DNA of 64,000 bases from Geosiphon pyriformis uo1 (GCA_016748015.1 JAAOMT010000213.1:402485-466484); one strand, 5' to 3'; numbered from the stretch's first letter, positions 1-13,487 are shown. Made by a program: numbers and translations. The notes: generated by a model not told the origin, from the letters alone.

Positions 1-411
1 AAAAATAAATTTTGTTTTTTAAAAACTTAAATTTTTAAACTATTGTCAATATTAAAAACACTAAAAAGAAATTAAAAAAATTTATTAATTAAAATAAATA
101 AATAAGTAATTTGATAATAATTTAGAAATTATATTAATTAAAAAACAATTTATATTCTTAAAAAATTAATTAGTTTTTTATTTTAATTATTATACTTTTT
201 TTAATTAAACAATTAATTACAACTCACATAATACTTAATTGTTAAATTTTCAATTTTATTTTTTTAAACAAAATTTTAAAATTAAAAATTTATTTACTTA
301 ATAATAAACAACTTGAATAAACAAAAACTTGTATTATAATTTATTTTTAAATTGAATTGTGTTGAATAAAAATGTTGTAAAACAAAATTGTAGGATATCT
401 GGCTTATTACA

Positions 412-750
412 AATGTTGTACTTTGTTTATAAAATTTTACATTTGATCTTGAAAGATTTCAAAAACCATATCTTCAAAAAGTAATTGAAGCTGCTGGACA
501 TATGTATATTTTTATCGAAAATTTCACTGTGAATTGAATTTTATAAAAAGATTTTCACTCATTTATTGTGATTATACATTTAAAGGTCTCAAGGAAATAG
601 TTCCATTAGCATTAAATTCTGTTAGTTTAGTTAAAATTCGTCGCTTTGCTCGGCGTTCTATTTGTAGATATTTAAGTGGATATGAAAAAGGTCTTTCAGG
701 AAAAGCTGCTATTTTACAGTTAAAAAAATATAAAATCGCATCCTGATACT
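412..750 (+). mobile_element. Degenerate DDE transposase C-terminal fragment (Tc1/mariner-like, fungal '[10 protein letters not shown]' family)
   Basis: Across frameshifts it reads CC...[29 protein letters not shown]...[46 protein letters not shown]...KKYK. This matches the widespread fungal DDE_3-like transposase tail. It is frameshifted, and its 5' part fades into AT-rich sequence. Confidence 0.75.
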
Positions 751-901
751 GTATTAGAGAAATTTGGAATCATTTATATTATACTAAGATTGCTGAAATC
801 AAATTACTAAATATTATATTGATCCAAAATTGCTTAGGTCATTGATTTTTTTAGATGGTCTACTCTGGCCTTGCCCAATTCTTTCTCAAGATACTAAAAT
901 T

Positions 902-3900
902 ATGTCCACCATTCCACCTCTTATCCCAAGAACGACAAGCAGTCAACAAGCTTCGATAAGTAGTCATGGAAATTCTCCAACGATAAATTCACCCAATTCA
1001 ATGATTTTTTCAGCCTTTCTTGAAAAAGATTTTGACGTAAAATCATGGGTAAATTCCGCGTTATCAAACGCAAGAGCAAAGTCAACATCTTCGGTGCTCT
1101 CCAAAAAACCTCGCTCCTCTGTAGCCAGGGCCTCCCCCGAAGAGGAGGGAGAAACCTCTGAAACATTGAGTCCATCTCAGCTTTCTTTATTATCAAACCA
1201 CACAGCTATACTCGTGGAAAAGCTCGATTTTTTAAACCAAGAAGTTTTTCAACGTCTCGAACGCGCAATCGATGACGTGATAAAAAGCATGCCGCGTGTA
1301 ATTTCAGACTTGGAAGTACTAAAGGAAGATACTGAAAGCTTGAAATACAGTCTCACCGATATTCAACAACATCTTGATAACGTTGAGGCTAATACTGGCG
1401 CGGCTCTAGAAAGACTCCGTTATCTTGACTTGGTGAAAACTAGAATGGAATCATCACGTGATGTCTTGCGTGAAGCCGAAAATTGGAGTAATCTTGAGGC
1501 AGAGGCTAGTACAATTTTTGCCTCGCAAGACTATCAAAAAGCAAGTTCACGACTGCATGAGGCCGAAAAAAGCTTGGCCATTTTTCAGAATACAACAGAA
1601 TTCGAGGAACGTAGACGCCTATTAACAGAACTACAAAATCAATTGGAGGCAACAATTAGTCCTCAAGTTTTTGCTGCCTTAAATCAACATGATGTTGCTG
1701 CCTGTCAAAAGTTTTTTACCATTTTTTCCCAAATTGGACGCAAAAAAGCCTTTTGTAATTATTATTACGGTTCACGGAAAGCACCACTTGTAAAATTGTG
1801 GCAAAGTTCTCTTTTTATCGAGGAGAAACAAAAGCATCAAGTTTCTTCACTGGAGACACCTACTAGCATTGGAGAAGAAATTCAACTACCCAAATTTGTG
1901 AACTTTTTACAGAGATTTTATGATGAATGCTTTGTGGTTCTGAACGAAGAGCACACATGGTGTGGAAATGTATTTCCTGACGCTAATGAAACACTGATTT
2001 CACTTATTGAGAATATTTTTAACTCCCTCAAACCTTCATTGGGCGCTCGATTAGAACTTTTGGTAGATCATTACAACGAAAGATGCCTTCCTGAAATTAT
2101 TCGAGCATTCATCGCAACTGAGAACTTTGCTAAACAAATTGAAAGGACTTTGTCCCGTATCAAAGTCCCAGACACTAATCAGAGTACTCATGAAACCAAT
2201 CCCCCTTCGCTTGTTATCCCAAAAAGATCATCACTACATATACCAACTGAAAACTGGGGCATAGTAATTTTCGAACCATTTTCCAAGTATCAAAATCAAT
2301 ATGCTACATACGAGAAGACTTATTTGAATGCAATGCTTCAAATCAATCTTTCGACATTTTCTAAATCGGGTACTATTGATTTGGCTCGTATTATTTCAGA
2401 CACAATCACTAAAACTTTCATACTGGCTGATGAAAGTTTATCACGTTGTGGAGCATTGACTTATGGCTTTGGCAGTGTTGGACTGCAAGAAAGTTTAAAC
2501 ACTTTCTTTATAAATCTAGTCCAAGAATATCGTGAACTCTTGGATCGTTTATCTGTTGAATGTGGACTAAATACCCAAACCGATTATCGTGGTACCAGAT
2601 CATCCGTTGGGAGCGGGCTTGGAGCAAGTTCTACCGTTTCTCTCGCAAAATCTTCCATAGTCGCTCAAGACGATTTCGATTTTGATAATGATAAGTTTGC
2701 ACATGAGGACTGGTCCAATTTTCAAATAGGCCTACGCCTGTTGGATTCATCCCGTGTTTTTTCTGAAAAATTAGAGTTGTTCGAGTGTAAAGCTAGCAAG
2801 GATTTTCTCAAGACTCTTGAATTACTTGAAGATTATAGAAATGTAAAAGAAGAGCTTTTTGATGAACAACGGAGTTCATCAATAACTCAAAATCCTTATT
2901 CTTCCTTGCCAGGAACATATGCAACCTTATCGTTACTCCAGCAATCTCCTTTGAATAGCTATCAGTTGCGTGAATTGTTATCAAGCCTTGAACAAGGACG
3001 AGTAGAGGATATCCAAGGTGATGAAGACACGACAGATAATACAAAATTAGCAGAATCTACTTATCAACGCCAACGGGAACCTTCATCAATACCTCAACAA
3101 TCACCAAAACCTCATATTCTCTTCCAACCATCTTTTGATATGTTGAATGCTTTTGTTAGAGCTTGTCAGCAATTTGTCTTTGATACGATTTTTTTGCCAA
3201 TTGTTAACCATCTCTCTAGTATTTTATCGATGGATGTATGGAATTCCTCTCCAGAAACAGTACAACGATCTCCTTTTAATCTTGAGATTCCCACTTTTAG
3301 TCTATCTCCAAGTGAATACATAACACGTGTAGGGGAACATCTTTTGACATTACCTCAACAATTTGAAGTATATGCTGACGACAAATCCTTAGCTTTTTCC
3401 CTCGATTCCTTGCCATATCATGACGATAATCCGTTAAACGAAAGGGATGAGCTATTCACCCCGAAGACTGCAGTAACACAAGCGTCAAAACCTAATGAAG
3501 AAGAACAGAACGAATCGATCACTGTAGATAAAATAACGACTAGTGAAGCTATTACCCATGCCTGGATAACATCGGTTGCACGAGGAACAATGTTTGCACT
3601 TGTCGATAAAATTTTCTCAATCCCTCAATTATCTGCACATGGAACACGACAACTACTCACAGATCTGGGCTATCTGACCAATGTGCTATCGGCGCTTGAT
3701 ATTTCAGTTTTAAATGAAATTATATTGATTTCCAAAGTTTTGGAAATGAATGAAGATCAACTTGTATTATTCATATCACAAAAAAATGAAGGAAACTCGG
3801 ATTATAATGACAACAATCAACCAATTTTCCAATTGAAAGAAAGGAAAGTCATGATCAAAGTTGCAGGGTTAAGAGGATTTCAAAGGTTGGATTTTGGTGG

Positions 3901-3907
3901 AAATTGA
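902..3907 (+). CDS. COG7: Conserved oligomeric Golgi complex subunit 7 (intronless)
   Basis: About 1000 aa ORF from the ATG at 902. Motifs include FDVKSWVNSAL, LRYLDLVKTRMESSRDVLREAENWSNL, PTFSLSPSEYITRVGEHLLTLPQQFE and QLLTDLGYLTNVLSAL. Confidence 0.9.
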   Translation: MSTIPPLIPRTTSSQQASISSHGNSPTINSPNSMIFSAFLEKDFDVKSWVNSALSNARAKSTSSVLSKKPRSSVARASPEEEGETSETLSPSQLSLLSNHTAILVEKLDFLNQEVFQRLERAIDDVIKSMPRVISDLEVLKEDTESLKYSLTDIQQHLDNVEANTGAALERLRYLDLVKTRMESSRDVLREAENWSNLEAEASTIFASQDYQKASSRLHEAEKSLAIFQNTTEFEERRRLLTELQNQLEATISPQVFAALNQHDVAACQKFFTIFSQIGRKKAFCNYYYGSRKAPLVKLWQSSLFIEEKQKHQVSSLETPTSIGEEIQLPKFVNFLQRFYDECFVVLNEEHTWCGNVFPDANETLISLIENIFNSLKPSLGARLELLVDHYNERCLPEIIRAFIATENFAKQIERTLSRIKVPDTNQSTHETNPPSLVIPKRSSLHIPTENWGIVIFEPFSKYQNQYATYEKTYLNAMLQINLSTFSKSGTIDLARIISDTITKTFILADESLSRCGALTYGFGSVGLQESLNTFFINLVQEYRELLDRLSVECGLNTQTDYRGTRSSVGSGLGASSTVSLAKSSIVAQDDFDFDNDKFAHEDWSNFQIGLRLLDSSRVFSEKLELFECKASKDFLKTLELLEDYRNVKEELFDEQRSSSITQNPYSSLPGTYATLSLLQQSPLNSYQLRELLSSLEQGRVEDIQGDEDTTDNTKLAESTYQRQREPSSIPQQSPKPHILFQPSFDMLNAFVRACQQFVFDTIFLPIVNHLSSILSMDVWNSSPETVQRSPFNLEIPTFSLSPSEYITRVGEHLLTLPQQFEVYADDKSLAFSLDSLPYHDDNPLNERDELFTPKTAVTQASKPNEEEQNESITVDKITTSEAITHAWITSVARGTMFALVDKIFSIPQLSAHGTRQLLTDLGYLTNVLSALDISVLNEIILISKVLEMNEDQLVLFISQKNEGNSDYNDNNQPIFQLKERKVMIKVAGLRGFQRLDFGGN

Positions 3908-4014
3908 AATTCAGAGAATAAATAAATGCCCAAGGTTTTGGTAATATTTTTATTAATTTATTCGATTTTAGAATCATATAAATCATATAAAGGTCACTCA
4001 ATAGAAGTTTAATC

Positions 4015-6318
4015 TTATTCCATGATTACACCTTTAACCCGATGATGACGGTTGCGTGAGAATCTTGAAGAATGTAAAAGGAGCTCTTTCTTGTTTTTAG
4101 CGATATTGCCATGTGTCTTACTCCATCTATCCTTCTCGTAATTTTCCCACATTACCAACGTGGTTTTAAGAACCACTACCCCATGGGGCGGAATTTCATC
4201 TGTGGTAATTCTTTGGAAAATTTTAGTCAAGGTATTGTAAGTTATTGGAACAGTATAAAAGGCTGATTTAGATACAATATACATACTCTTCAATCCGAAT
4301 TCCCAAATCCTTCTTTAACCAAAGGTCCCTTATATCTAAAATTATCAAGGCATTATGCTTCTCGTCAGTTTTTGGCTTGCCGAAGAATGGTGCGAGTAAG
4401 GCAAACGGTAAAGTGATGGATTGTGGTGTATCTTTCCTATTAAACAATACTGTGATAAAAACATAATAAATAAAAATTTCAATAAACAATTAGGAAGTTC
4501 GACATAGTCGATCAAGTAAACGTAATTATACCCGCAACACTTTGTTGAAGTCCATCTTCGTCATCAGAAAGTTTTCCTGCCCAAATATCATAGTTTCCCT
4601 CCTTGCGCAAAACTAATTTCGCTGATTTCCCAAGCGGGTCTTGATTGACAGCAATGATCTCATTGTTGGTGAGAATCTCTTTTGTTTGTGCTGTCAAATT
4701 ACGAACGTCGCATCCTATGAGTAACGGAGATTTTAACGCAGCCCAAAGCGCTAAATAATTAAAAGCAAGAAAGTTGAGTGTGTTTATTCCAATTTTGCTT
4801 ACGTTGGCCTATTATCTTGTTATAGTTTTAAGAGTTGACGTACAAAAATGGGTTTTATACTCTTCATGAGTCATCCCGCCATTCCCGACCTCTAACATAT
4901 CAAGATCATTAAACCCGCCAGGACTCGAATAATCTTCAATACCAACCGTGGCATCTAAAATCTCGAGCATTCCACATGGATCACACTTTCGAGGATCTTG
5001 CTTTTTGTCCACCTGATACACATCATTAATGTCACCTGTTGTGCGCCAGGAATTTGCAACCTTTGGTCCCCTGGAATTTGAAAAGGAAGTCTTGTTTTAA
5101 TTGTGTAATTGAAATTTGAAATTTTAACATTATTTGCTACAGAGTTCGTTTTTACCAGACCCAAGAGTCCTCTTCACCCCAATTGCAGATTGAATAGATG
5201 ATCGGTCGATCAGTTTTATTTAGCGCATCACGCATCCCTATAAAAGTGGATAGGTCAAATAATAGGTGAAATTGGCTTTTTTGACATTTTGATCGGAATA
5301 CTTACAAGTATACCGTGTTTCTGACTCAATCGATAGGTTGTAACAGTTGTCATATTTTAGATAATCTACATCCCATTCGGCGTATTGTTGTGCATCGTTA
5401 TCTTCTCGCCATAAAGAACCTGGTCTTCTCTGGCAAGTCCAGAATCCTAAAGGTAAGATCGGTGATTGGATTATTATCTACGTAATCATGCATCTCACCG
5501 TTTTCTAAATCTTTATATCGTGTTTACTAGGTGAGCCATTGATGTTTCTGCTATTACAATAGATCGAATTTAAATTTTCTTGCACGGCACCTATCAACCA
5601 CGTGCTTGCACGAAGATCAGAGCTATACTAATTCCAGCAGTAAAGTTTATATTGTGCGCATGGTATTAGGCATTATAGCATGCGTAAAGAAATGAGTGAA
5701 TTTTTCTCGTGAGAATGGGAACTCGCCAACATGACATTATGAAATGATGTTTTCAAGTTACGCGAGCTATCTAAAAATTTGGTGTTAAGCTATCACTCAA
5801 TTGTACCTGCGCTTGAATACACTCCAAACAAGAGTCCACGCTCGTGAATATAATCTGCGAGGGCCTTCATTCCTGACGGAAATTTATTTTTATCTGGCAC
5901 GATATCGCCTCGAAATGTTCGGCTTTTCTGCCAACAATCATCGAGATTAAGATATTTATATCCGAGGTCTCTTAATCCGGTACTCACTAATGCGTCGGCA
6001 GTTTCGCGAATGAGTTTCTCATTAATATCACATGCGAATTTGTTCCAGGAATTCCATCTTTTTTCGAATATAGGTTGGGAGCAGGAAAGAAGATAACAGA
6101 AAACCCAGCAATATTGAGTATAGATGGAAATTTGGACCACAAACCTAATAAAATATTTGGCAAGGAACTACATCGCCTAAAATTGAAAAATTAATACTTT
6201 ACCCCATCGATGGGACACGTCCTAATCCATTATCCAAAGCGTCACAATATTGGATCAAATACAAATTCGAAATCAAGCTGCTAATTACGATAAAAAATGA
6301 ACTTAATAATGACTTCAT
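4015..6318 (-). CDS. Secreted alpha-galactosidase, glycoside hydrolase family 27 (multi-exon)
   Basis: Signal peptide, then [13 protein letters not shown]|[48 protein letters not shown] and C-terminal PPHGVVVL. Introns are GT-AG. Confidence 0.93.
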
Positions 6319-7909
6319 TGTGTTTATAAGTAACTACTAAATCTTCATATTATCAGTCAATGTCTCATCATTCCTTTAGAAAGAAGAAAGAGGCAATGAA
6401 TAGACCAGAAAGCACTAAAGTTTTAAACGAAACAGACTCCCATATCACGAGTCTCTACTTGGCAGCACAGCCTGTTAGCGGCATTAATTTTATGCAAGAC
6501 AAAGATAACGCCAACTCGTATTACTGATAATTTGATATTCACATGAAGTTTTGTCCGTATTAAAAATGTGATTAAGGAATTGCTGGTCCAAAATGGCAAA
6601 AGTTATGAAAAATCATTCTCAATAAATACAAGCCAAATGCATATAAACACTCCAAAAACTAGGCTTGGAAGAAAGTTCAACTGATGATACAAATAGCATG
6701 ACAATTTTTTTTGATGATCTTTATAATCTTTTAACGATAGATAAAACAATTTTTTATTTATTAGTAATCTTATATTTTCTTAACCTTATAATTATAAATT
6801 TAACAAGAAAAATATTTACTTGTTGATATTAAATATTAAATAGCTTATAAATTGTATTCAATTTTTAATAATATAAATAATAAGTAAATTTTTATTATTA
6901 ATTCTTGACAATGAAAAAAACTTGTAAAATATTATCAATTATTAAAACATGATATTTTTTAAATAAAATTAATTTAAAATATTAATAATAATAACAAAAA
7001 ATATTTTAAATTAATTTGATTTATATGTATATAATTAAAATATAAATTAATTAATTCAAATTTATCTTTTTAAGTTTTAATAAATTATGTATAATATTTA
7101 ATATTTAGATTTTTGAAAAAAAAATTTTTAATATCAATTTTTATTTTAAATCAAAAATTTGAGTGACTAATTATATATATAAAATGCATTTATATATATA
7201 TTATTATCAGATTCATATTTTAAAGGTTGATCCTTTCTTTATTCAATAATGATCAACAGATCTGTGTTACTGTAAATAAATAAACAATATTACTTTTCTT
7301 AAAAAGTGGTAACATTTTTACAAACTCTGAATTAGCTTACTCTCTTTATTTAGGATACCAGATTGTCATTGGAGATCATTTTTGGCTTTTCAACGATAGA
7401 TTGATAACGTGAAGTTTTTTAAAAAGTTCAATGGCGTAAATAGATTACGTATTTCTCAAATTTCTGCGATATCATGAGTAATATTGAAGCCTGATAATTA
7501 GTCTGATCATCACCTAAATATCACATCAAGTTAAAGCAAGGGTTAAAGAACCGATTATTGGTGGGGGCTTTGAAATAGAAGTCACACGTAGTAAGGAAAT
7601 TTAGGAAACGATCGCATTTTCCTGGGCTTTATAAGGTAGAGTTTTAGTAGTCCCTGCTGAGTACCTTCAAGAAAAAACTCTTTTCCTTCCTACACTTATC
7701 CTTGGGGGTTAATTGGGTAAGTGGTCCCGAAAAAGAATCGTGAAAATTTTTTCACAAAAGAACTGTGTCGGTTTAAAGTTCGATTAAAGGCCGATATTTA
7801 GAAGATTTCACTTAACATATTCTTCAGGTCAGGTAAAAGAGAAGTATAATAAGAGTTACCAATCAGAGGCGGAGAAAAGGTCTTATAATTTCTGTATAAA
7901 CTCAACGCT

Positions 7910-9505
7910 ATGGACCGGGTACCAGAACACCGAAAGAATAATTTTAAGACAAAAGGTTTATTTAAGGCGGACGAATTAAGGAGGAGGCGTGAAGAGCAGC
8001 AAGTAGAAATTCGTCGTAAAAATAGAGAGGAGTCTTTAGCAAAACGGAGGAACCTTAATGTTTCTGGTGCAACCACTTCTGACTCTGAGGATGAGGGTCA
8101 AGCAGCCGCTGCTAACGCCCAACTCCAAGAACAGCTGCCTGGAATGCTGGAAGGTGTAATGTCAAATAATGTAGAAGCTCAACTTGCTGCTACCACCAAG
8201 TTTAGAAAGTTGTTGTCAAAGGAGAAAAATCCTCCGATTCAACAAGTAATTGAATCCGGCGTAATCCCTCGTTTTGTCGAATTCTTGAAATCCCCCCATA
8301 CCCTAATACAATTTGAAGCGGCCTGGGCTCTCACTAACATCGCATCAGGTTCGCCTGATCAAACGAAAGTTGTCATCGACTCTGGTGCTGTCCCAATTTT
8401 CGTTGAATTGTTGGAAAGCCCTGTTGCTGATGTGAAGGAGCAAGCCGTTTGGGCTTTGGGTAACATTGCAGGTGACAGTCCGCCATGCCGTGATTATGTC
8501 TTGCGTGAAGGAGCTCTTCGTCCTTTGCTTCGTATTCTACATGAGCATAACAAGCTCTCTTTGTTAAGAAATGCCACGTGGACCTTGTCCAATTTTTGTC
8601 GTGGAAAAAATCCTCAACCAGATTGGAGTTTGGTTTCTCCTGCGCTTCCCATACTTGCCCGTCTTATTTACTCTGTTGATGAAGAGGTCTTGATCGATGC
8701 CTGTTGGGCTCTTTCTTACTTGTCTGATGGGTCTAATGAAAGGATCCAGGCTGTGATTGAGGCTGGTGTCTGTCGTCGTTTGGTTGAGCTCTTGATGCAT
8801 CCTTCCCTTTCTGTGCAGACACCTGCTTTGAGATCAGTTGGTAATATCGTTACCGGAGATGACGTGCAAACTCAAGTTATTATCAATTGTGGTGCTCTTC
8901 CTGCACTTTTATCATTATTGTCGAGTCATAAGGAAGGTTTACGTAAAGAAGCCTGCTGGACCATCTCCAATATTACCGCTGGAAATAGTGAACAAATACA
9001 AGCTGTAATGGATGCCGGCATTATTCCTCCTCTTGTTCAAATCTTGGAAAATGCCGATTTCAAGACAAGAAAGGAGGCTTGTTGGGCTATTTCCAACGCG
9101 ACATCTGGTGGTTTGAATAAACCCCAAATCATTAAATTTCTCGTTAGCCAAAGGTGCATCAAGCCACTTTGTGATTTATTGACTTGTATGGACAATAAAA
9201 TGATTCAAGTAGCTTTGGATGGCCTTGAAAATATTTTAAAAGTTGGTGACATGGAAAAAGACGACGATGGAAATCCTTACGCCTTGCATATCGAGGAAAT
9301 TGGAGGGATGGAAAAAATTCATAATTTGCAAATACATGAAAATACTGATATATACAAGAAAGCGTACAATATGATCGACACGTATTTCGGAGATGATGAG
9401 GAAGAAGATGCTAACTTGGTTCCTCAGATGGATATGCAGACTGGTCAATTCGCTTTTGGGGGCGACGTCAATGCTCCTAGTGGTGGTTTTAACTTTGGTC
9501 AATAA
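7910..9505 (+). CDS. SRP1: Importin subunit alpha (karyopherin alpha), intronless CDS
   Basis: IBB domain ([27 protein letters not shown]) followed by ARM repeats ([28 protein letters not shown]). Confidence 0.97.
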   Translation: MDRVPEHRKNNFKTKGLFKADELRRRREEQQVEIRRKNREESLAKRRNLNVSGATTSDSEDEGQAAAANAQLQEQLPGMLEGVMSNNVEAQLAATTKFRKLLSKEKNPPIQQVIESGVIPRFVEFLKSPHTLIQFEAAWALTNIASGSPDQTKVVIDSGAVPIFVELLESPVADVKEQAVWALGNIAGDSPPCRDYVLREGALRPLLRILHEHNKLSLLRNATWTLSNFCRGKNPQPDWSLVSPALPILARLIYSVDEEVLIDACWALSYLSDGSNERIQAVIEAGVCRRLVELLMHPSLSVQTPALRSVGNIVTGDDVQTQVIINCGALPALLSLLSSHKEGLRKEACWTISNITAGNSEQIQAVMDAGIIPPLVQILENADFKTRKEACWAISNATSGGLNKPQIIKFLVSQRCIKPLCDLLTCMDNKMIQVALDGLENILKVGDMEKDDDGNPYALHIEEIGGMEKIHNLQIHENTDIYKKAYNMIDTYFGDDEEEDANLVPQMDMQTGQFAFGGDVNAPSGGFNFGQ

Positions 9506-10439
9506 ATGTAAAAAAAACGGTTCGTTTTTAATCATTAAAAGAAATTTGGTTTCCCATAATTTAGCTTTTTAGCCTAACATTTTACCGCTCTAGTTTATTT
9601 TTAGCTCTTTGAGCTTCCATTTATGATTCCTTTAAATCAATTCAATCCCCTTTTTTCGTCCCAAAGAATCACGCTTTGTATTTCATTTTCTTTTCTCATT
9701 CTCCCCTTGTAGATTTTCTGTATATTGGAACAATAGCTTTTTTTACTTTTCGAGAACCACCTGTGTTGACTTCGGGTGATGCTTGTCTCGGACACTACAC
9801 CCTTTAAATAAGCCCCCAAACTCCCCATTCCTTTCGTTTTCTTTTGCCCCTTTTTAAAATTTCCTACACTACCTTTAACTCCTTTTCCCCTTAATACCAC
9901 CATCTAGCTTTTACTGCTTTTTCTTGAGTTTTTGTTGCCCCCTAAATAAAATTTTTTATCGTGTATTCACGGATCCCAAAATAATCGTCCAAAAGCCTCT
10001 GTCAAATTCAATTTCTTTCCAAGATATATTGGTGTACCTCTCTGAATTCATTCAAACAACATCTAATCCGTTCCACCTTTGTTACTTGAATTGTAAATAT
10101 TTAAATCGCTTGAATGTCAAGCTATTCGAGTTTGATTTTAATAATTAGTGAAGCAGTAAGTCCCGGTGTTAACAACTCTCCCAATGCATTTATTGATTCT
10201 ATTTGTAAATATAAATGTTGTCCAAGTAAATTCTGTGTATAGCAGAAGAGGTATAAACCATAAAGGGATTTCAAGAGGTAAAAAAGGCTTTGAATAATGA
10301 ACCTACAAAAGACATGATGAGTGACCTCAAGAGAGTTTAGTGACAATTCGTTTAATAAAAGTTCGCTTCGTAATAATTGAATACATTACTAATAAATTGC
10401 GTGGAGATCAGAAAATCAACTACCTCCTATTTATTACAA

Positions 10440-12622
10440 TCATCTTCGTCTTGAACTTTGATGCTCTTTATCATAATCTCGTCTTCGTTTATTCTCGCTA
10501 GAATAACGACCAGGACCTCGATCCTTTTCAGAATGATCATACTCTTTTCGACGTTCCCTATAATCATGGCTTCGGTTACTTTTGGTAAAAATCTCACTTA
10601 CTCGTCCTGCTTTTTGCGCACGTTTCTCTTTCTCCTCTTCAATCGCCTGTTGCTTTCGAGCCAAAGGGTCAATTACGATGAAATCATCAGGGTCATCTCG
10701 TCGTTGCATCAGGTCTTTGCCTTTGTAATCTTTTTCAAAGACAAGCTGATGTGAAAACCACCCTTCATCGCTTATATCATTTTGCGATTCTCCGAATGTG
10801 TCACGACACGATAAACAGTCAGGTACGGAATGAAGCACGCACAGTTCTGCTTCTTTAGATACCTCTCGTTTACTGGGTTGTTCCACGGGTGCAGCATCCA
10901 ACTTGGTTTTGAAGGCTCTAAGTTGCGTTAACGTCTTTATAAGTAATTCAAACAAACTTTAATGTTTTTGCCGTTTTCAAGGAGTACAATTTAATTATAC
11001 AATATTCACAAATACAAACATCCTGTTCTGATCCTTTCTTTCGTCTAGCGGCGACCGCCCTACCAGATGTCAAATATTTTTTTCGCTCGTTTTCGATAAA
11101 ATTTAAGGCTACCTTGGTTTTCTTTTTAGCCGGGCCTTCTTCATCATCCGTATCCTTTGCTTTGTTCATTTTTAAAATATCACGCGTTACTTGTTTTATT
11201 TCTTGGCGAATAGCTTCCCTGCCGAAAACCATGTGGTAAGGTTAACAATCCTTGAAAATGATCAGCAACTTCGAGGTAAAAACTAACGATTTATTTAAAG
11301 TCGGCCCTTTTTCCTTCTGCAAGGATTCATTCTGGATAGATTCGACCATGAGTCTGACGTTGACTTTCATTCTTCGATCGAAATCTTCAGCACTTTCTTC
11401 CTCATCCTCTAATGATCTATGAATTTTTATTTTTTCTAATTGGTCCTTGTGAGAAAGGACCAAGGATCAATTAGCTCATTTTAGTCAGAAAAAAAAACTG
11501 CTGAAGCAGATATATGAATTTTACCGTGTCTGAAATAGCTATTTGTTTTTCTTTTAAAGCATCAAGATTTACGGCGAGCTCTTTACTGAGACGAGGATTA
11601 TCCTCCATTAAATCATGGCTACTTTTAATCTTCAGATTCGAGTCACTCGCACTCTCAAATTCAGAAGCTTCTTCTCCAAACGATAATAAAGCAACATTCC
11701 TATCCGTCAATATCGATTGAGCATTGAGAAATTTAAGAATAATTAGATTGCCGAATAAAGAAAAAGAGTAGGTAAAACTTGAACATGATTACTTTTGAAC
11801 TTTCTTCCTTTTAATCTCCTCTTTTTTGCCCCCAATGGCTGAGGCCTCTTGGGCAAGTTTTTCTTGGGCCGTTATTCTTGGAAAAATATCATCAAATGGA
11901 TTCCCCAACACTTCGGTGGATATAATCGATGGCGGGAAAAAAGGACGCTCATTAACGTCCACTTCTAATTCCCCGATCTTCAACACATTGAAAATCGTGT
12001 CACCGACCACTTTCCCAAAAATTGTATGCTTATTCTGCAGCTCTTCGGTCGCGCCTAGCGTAATAAAAAACTGACTTCCATTATCGTTCAAACCCGCATT
12101 TGCCATAGCCACCAGACCACGGCGAACAAATCTTAACCGCGTGTGAAATTCGTCTGAGAAGGGCGCTCCATATATCGATTCCCCTCCTAATAATAAATAA
12201 ATAATCAAAAAAATCCAGAAAAGATGCAGATTGAATCAAAAGAAAGGATCTGAATACCTTGTCCAGTACCAGTTGGATCACCACCTTGAATTATAAATTG
12301 AGGAACAACTCTATGGGATGTTAGGATGGAATTAAAGCTTGTTTTAATAAATAGGGAGTTTCTAAGAAATCCTACCTGTGAAAAATCGTCCCATTATAAT
12401 ATCCTTCGAGACATAACTGAATAAAATTCCGCGCAGCCTTTGGTGCTTCCTTTGCCCAAAGTTCTATATCAATATCACCCGCAGTTGTATGGAGAACAAC
12501 CTTTCCGCTTAGAAGCAAAGAATTATAGACTATTCTGAGGCTCACGCTTTAAAATGTAGAGTAGGATAATTCAGAAAATAATTATACCTGGTTGGAGGCT
12601 CTTGAATGTACAAATTTGACAT
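10440..12622 (-). CDS. CWC27: Spliceosome-associated cyclophilin CWC27 (multi-exon)
   Basis: Starts MSNLYIQEPPT. Contains IELWAKEAPKAARNFIQLCLEGYY, GGESIYGAPFSDEFHTRLRF, NPFDDIFPR, LLSFGEEA, KSSHDL and a charged C-terminus. Confidence 0.93.
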
Positions 12623-13487
12623 ATTATATGGGCTTTTCAGGTAGTTCTTTAACTGTTAAAGGTAAAGCTAGTGAGCCCAGCAAAATTGTTCAATTTTCGC
12701 TATAACGAATCAAAAAAAAATAAATTCGATTGATAAATCGAAATCAAATAACGATTGTTGTGCTTCTTGGAGCATTGTCTAGTCTTAAATTTTCTTGACT
12801 TCTATTCTTGGAGTAGAATAGCAAAAAGAATAAATATTTTGAATATTTATTCTAACATAAATACAAAATTAATTGTAATTAAGTAATATAATTAATACAT
12901 ATATATAATTATATATAAAAGAAATATTAACATATATATTTATTAATAAAATTTAAAAATATATTTACATTAAAAATCAAACTTATTAATTTATTGTTAT
13001 AATTTATAAAAAGTTTTCAAATAAATAAATTTAAAATAACAGCAACAAGAAAAAATTAAATGAATGATATTAAATAAGTAATAAACAAAAAAAAATTATT
13101 ATTTATATTTTAATTAACACTTTTACAGTTAAAAAATAATAATTTTTTATTTTACTTAATATTCAAGTGTTGAAACATACTTAAAAAAAATGTATATATG
13201 TTTAAAAATTTAAATTAATAACTTAATTTTAATTTTAAAAATAATGTAGCTAATTAATATAATATATTTTAAAATTATAAAACATTTCCTTAATATTTAA
13301 TTGCAATTTTGAAATTATATAAAATAAGAATTTTAACAAAATCACCAAGAAAAATTTTGTGAAACTTAATGATTGTGCAAAAGACTGATTGTAATTAGCA
13401 TAATGCCACCAGCTGCTTTCATTATTCAAATTCATTTTGTAATTTTTTCAATGATTCGAATAATAATTCATTTAAAGGTCAATTTCC

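Noticed and set aside
830-901. N-terminal extension of the COG7 ORF from a TTG start
   Set aside because: This is an artefact of non-ATG start calling. The first ATG is at 902.
7659-7672. GAGTACCTTCAAG upstream of importin alpha, similar to the ZRE-like half-site
   Set aside because: It is a single incomplete site with no GGT end and no link to zinc, so it could be chance.
8564-9535. Antisense ORFs over importin alpha (and similar ones over COG7, CWC27, the ZIP gene, CBS, UBI4 and WDR59)
   Set aside because: These are shadow frames of real genes with no protein-like features.
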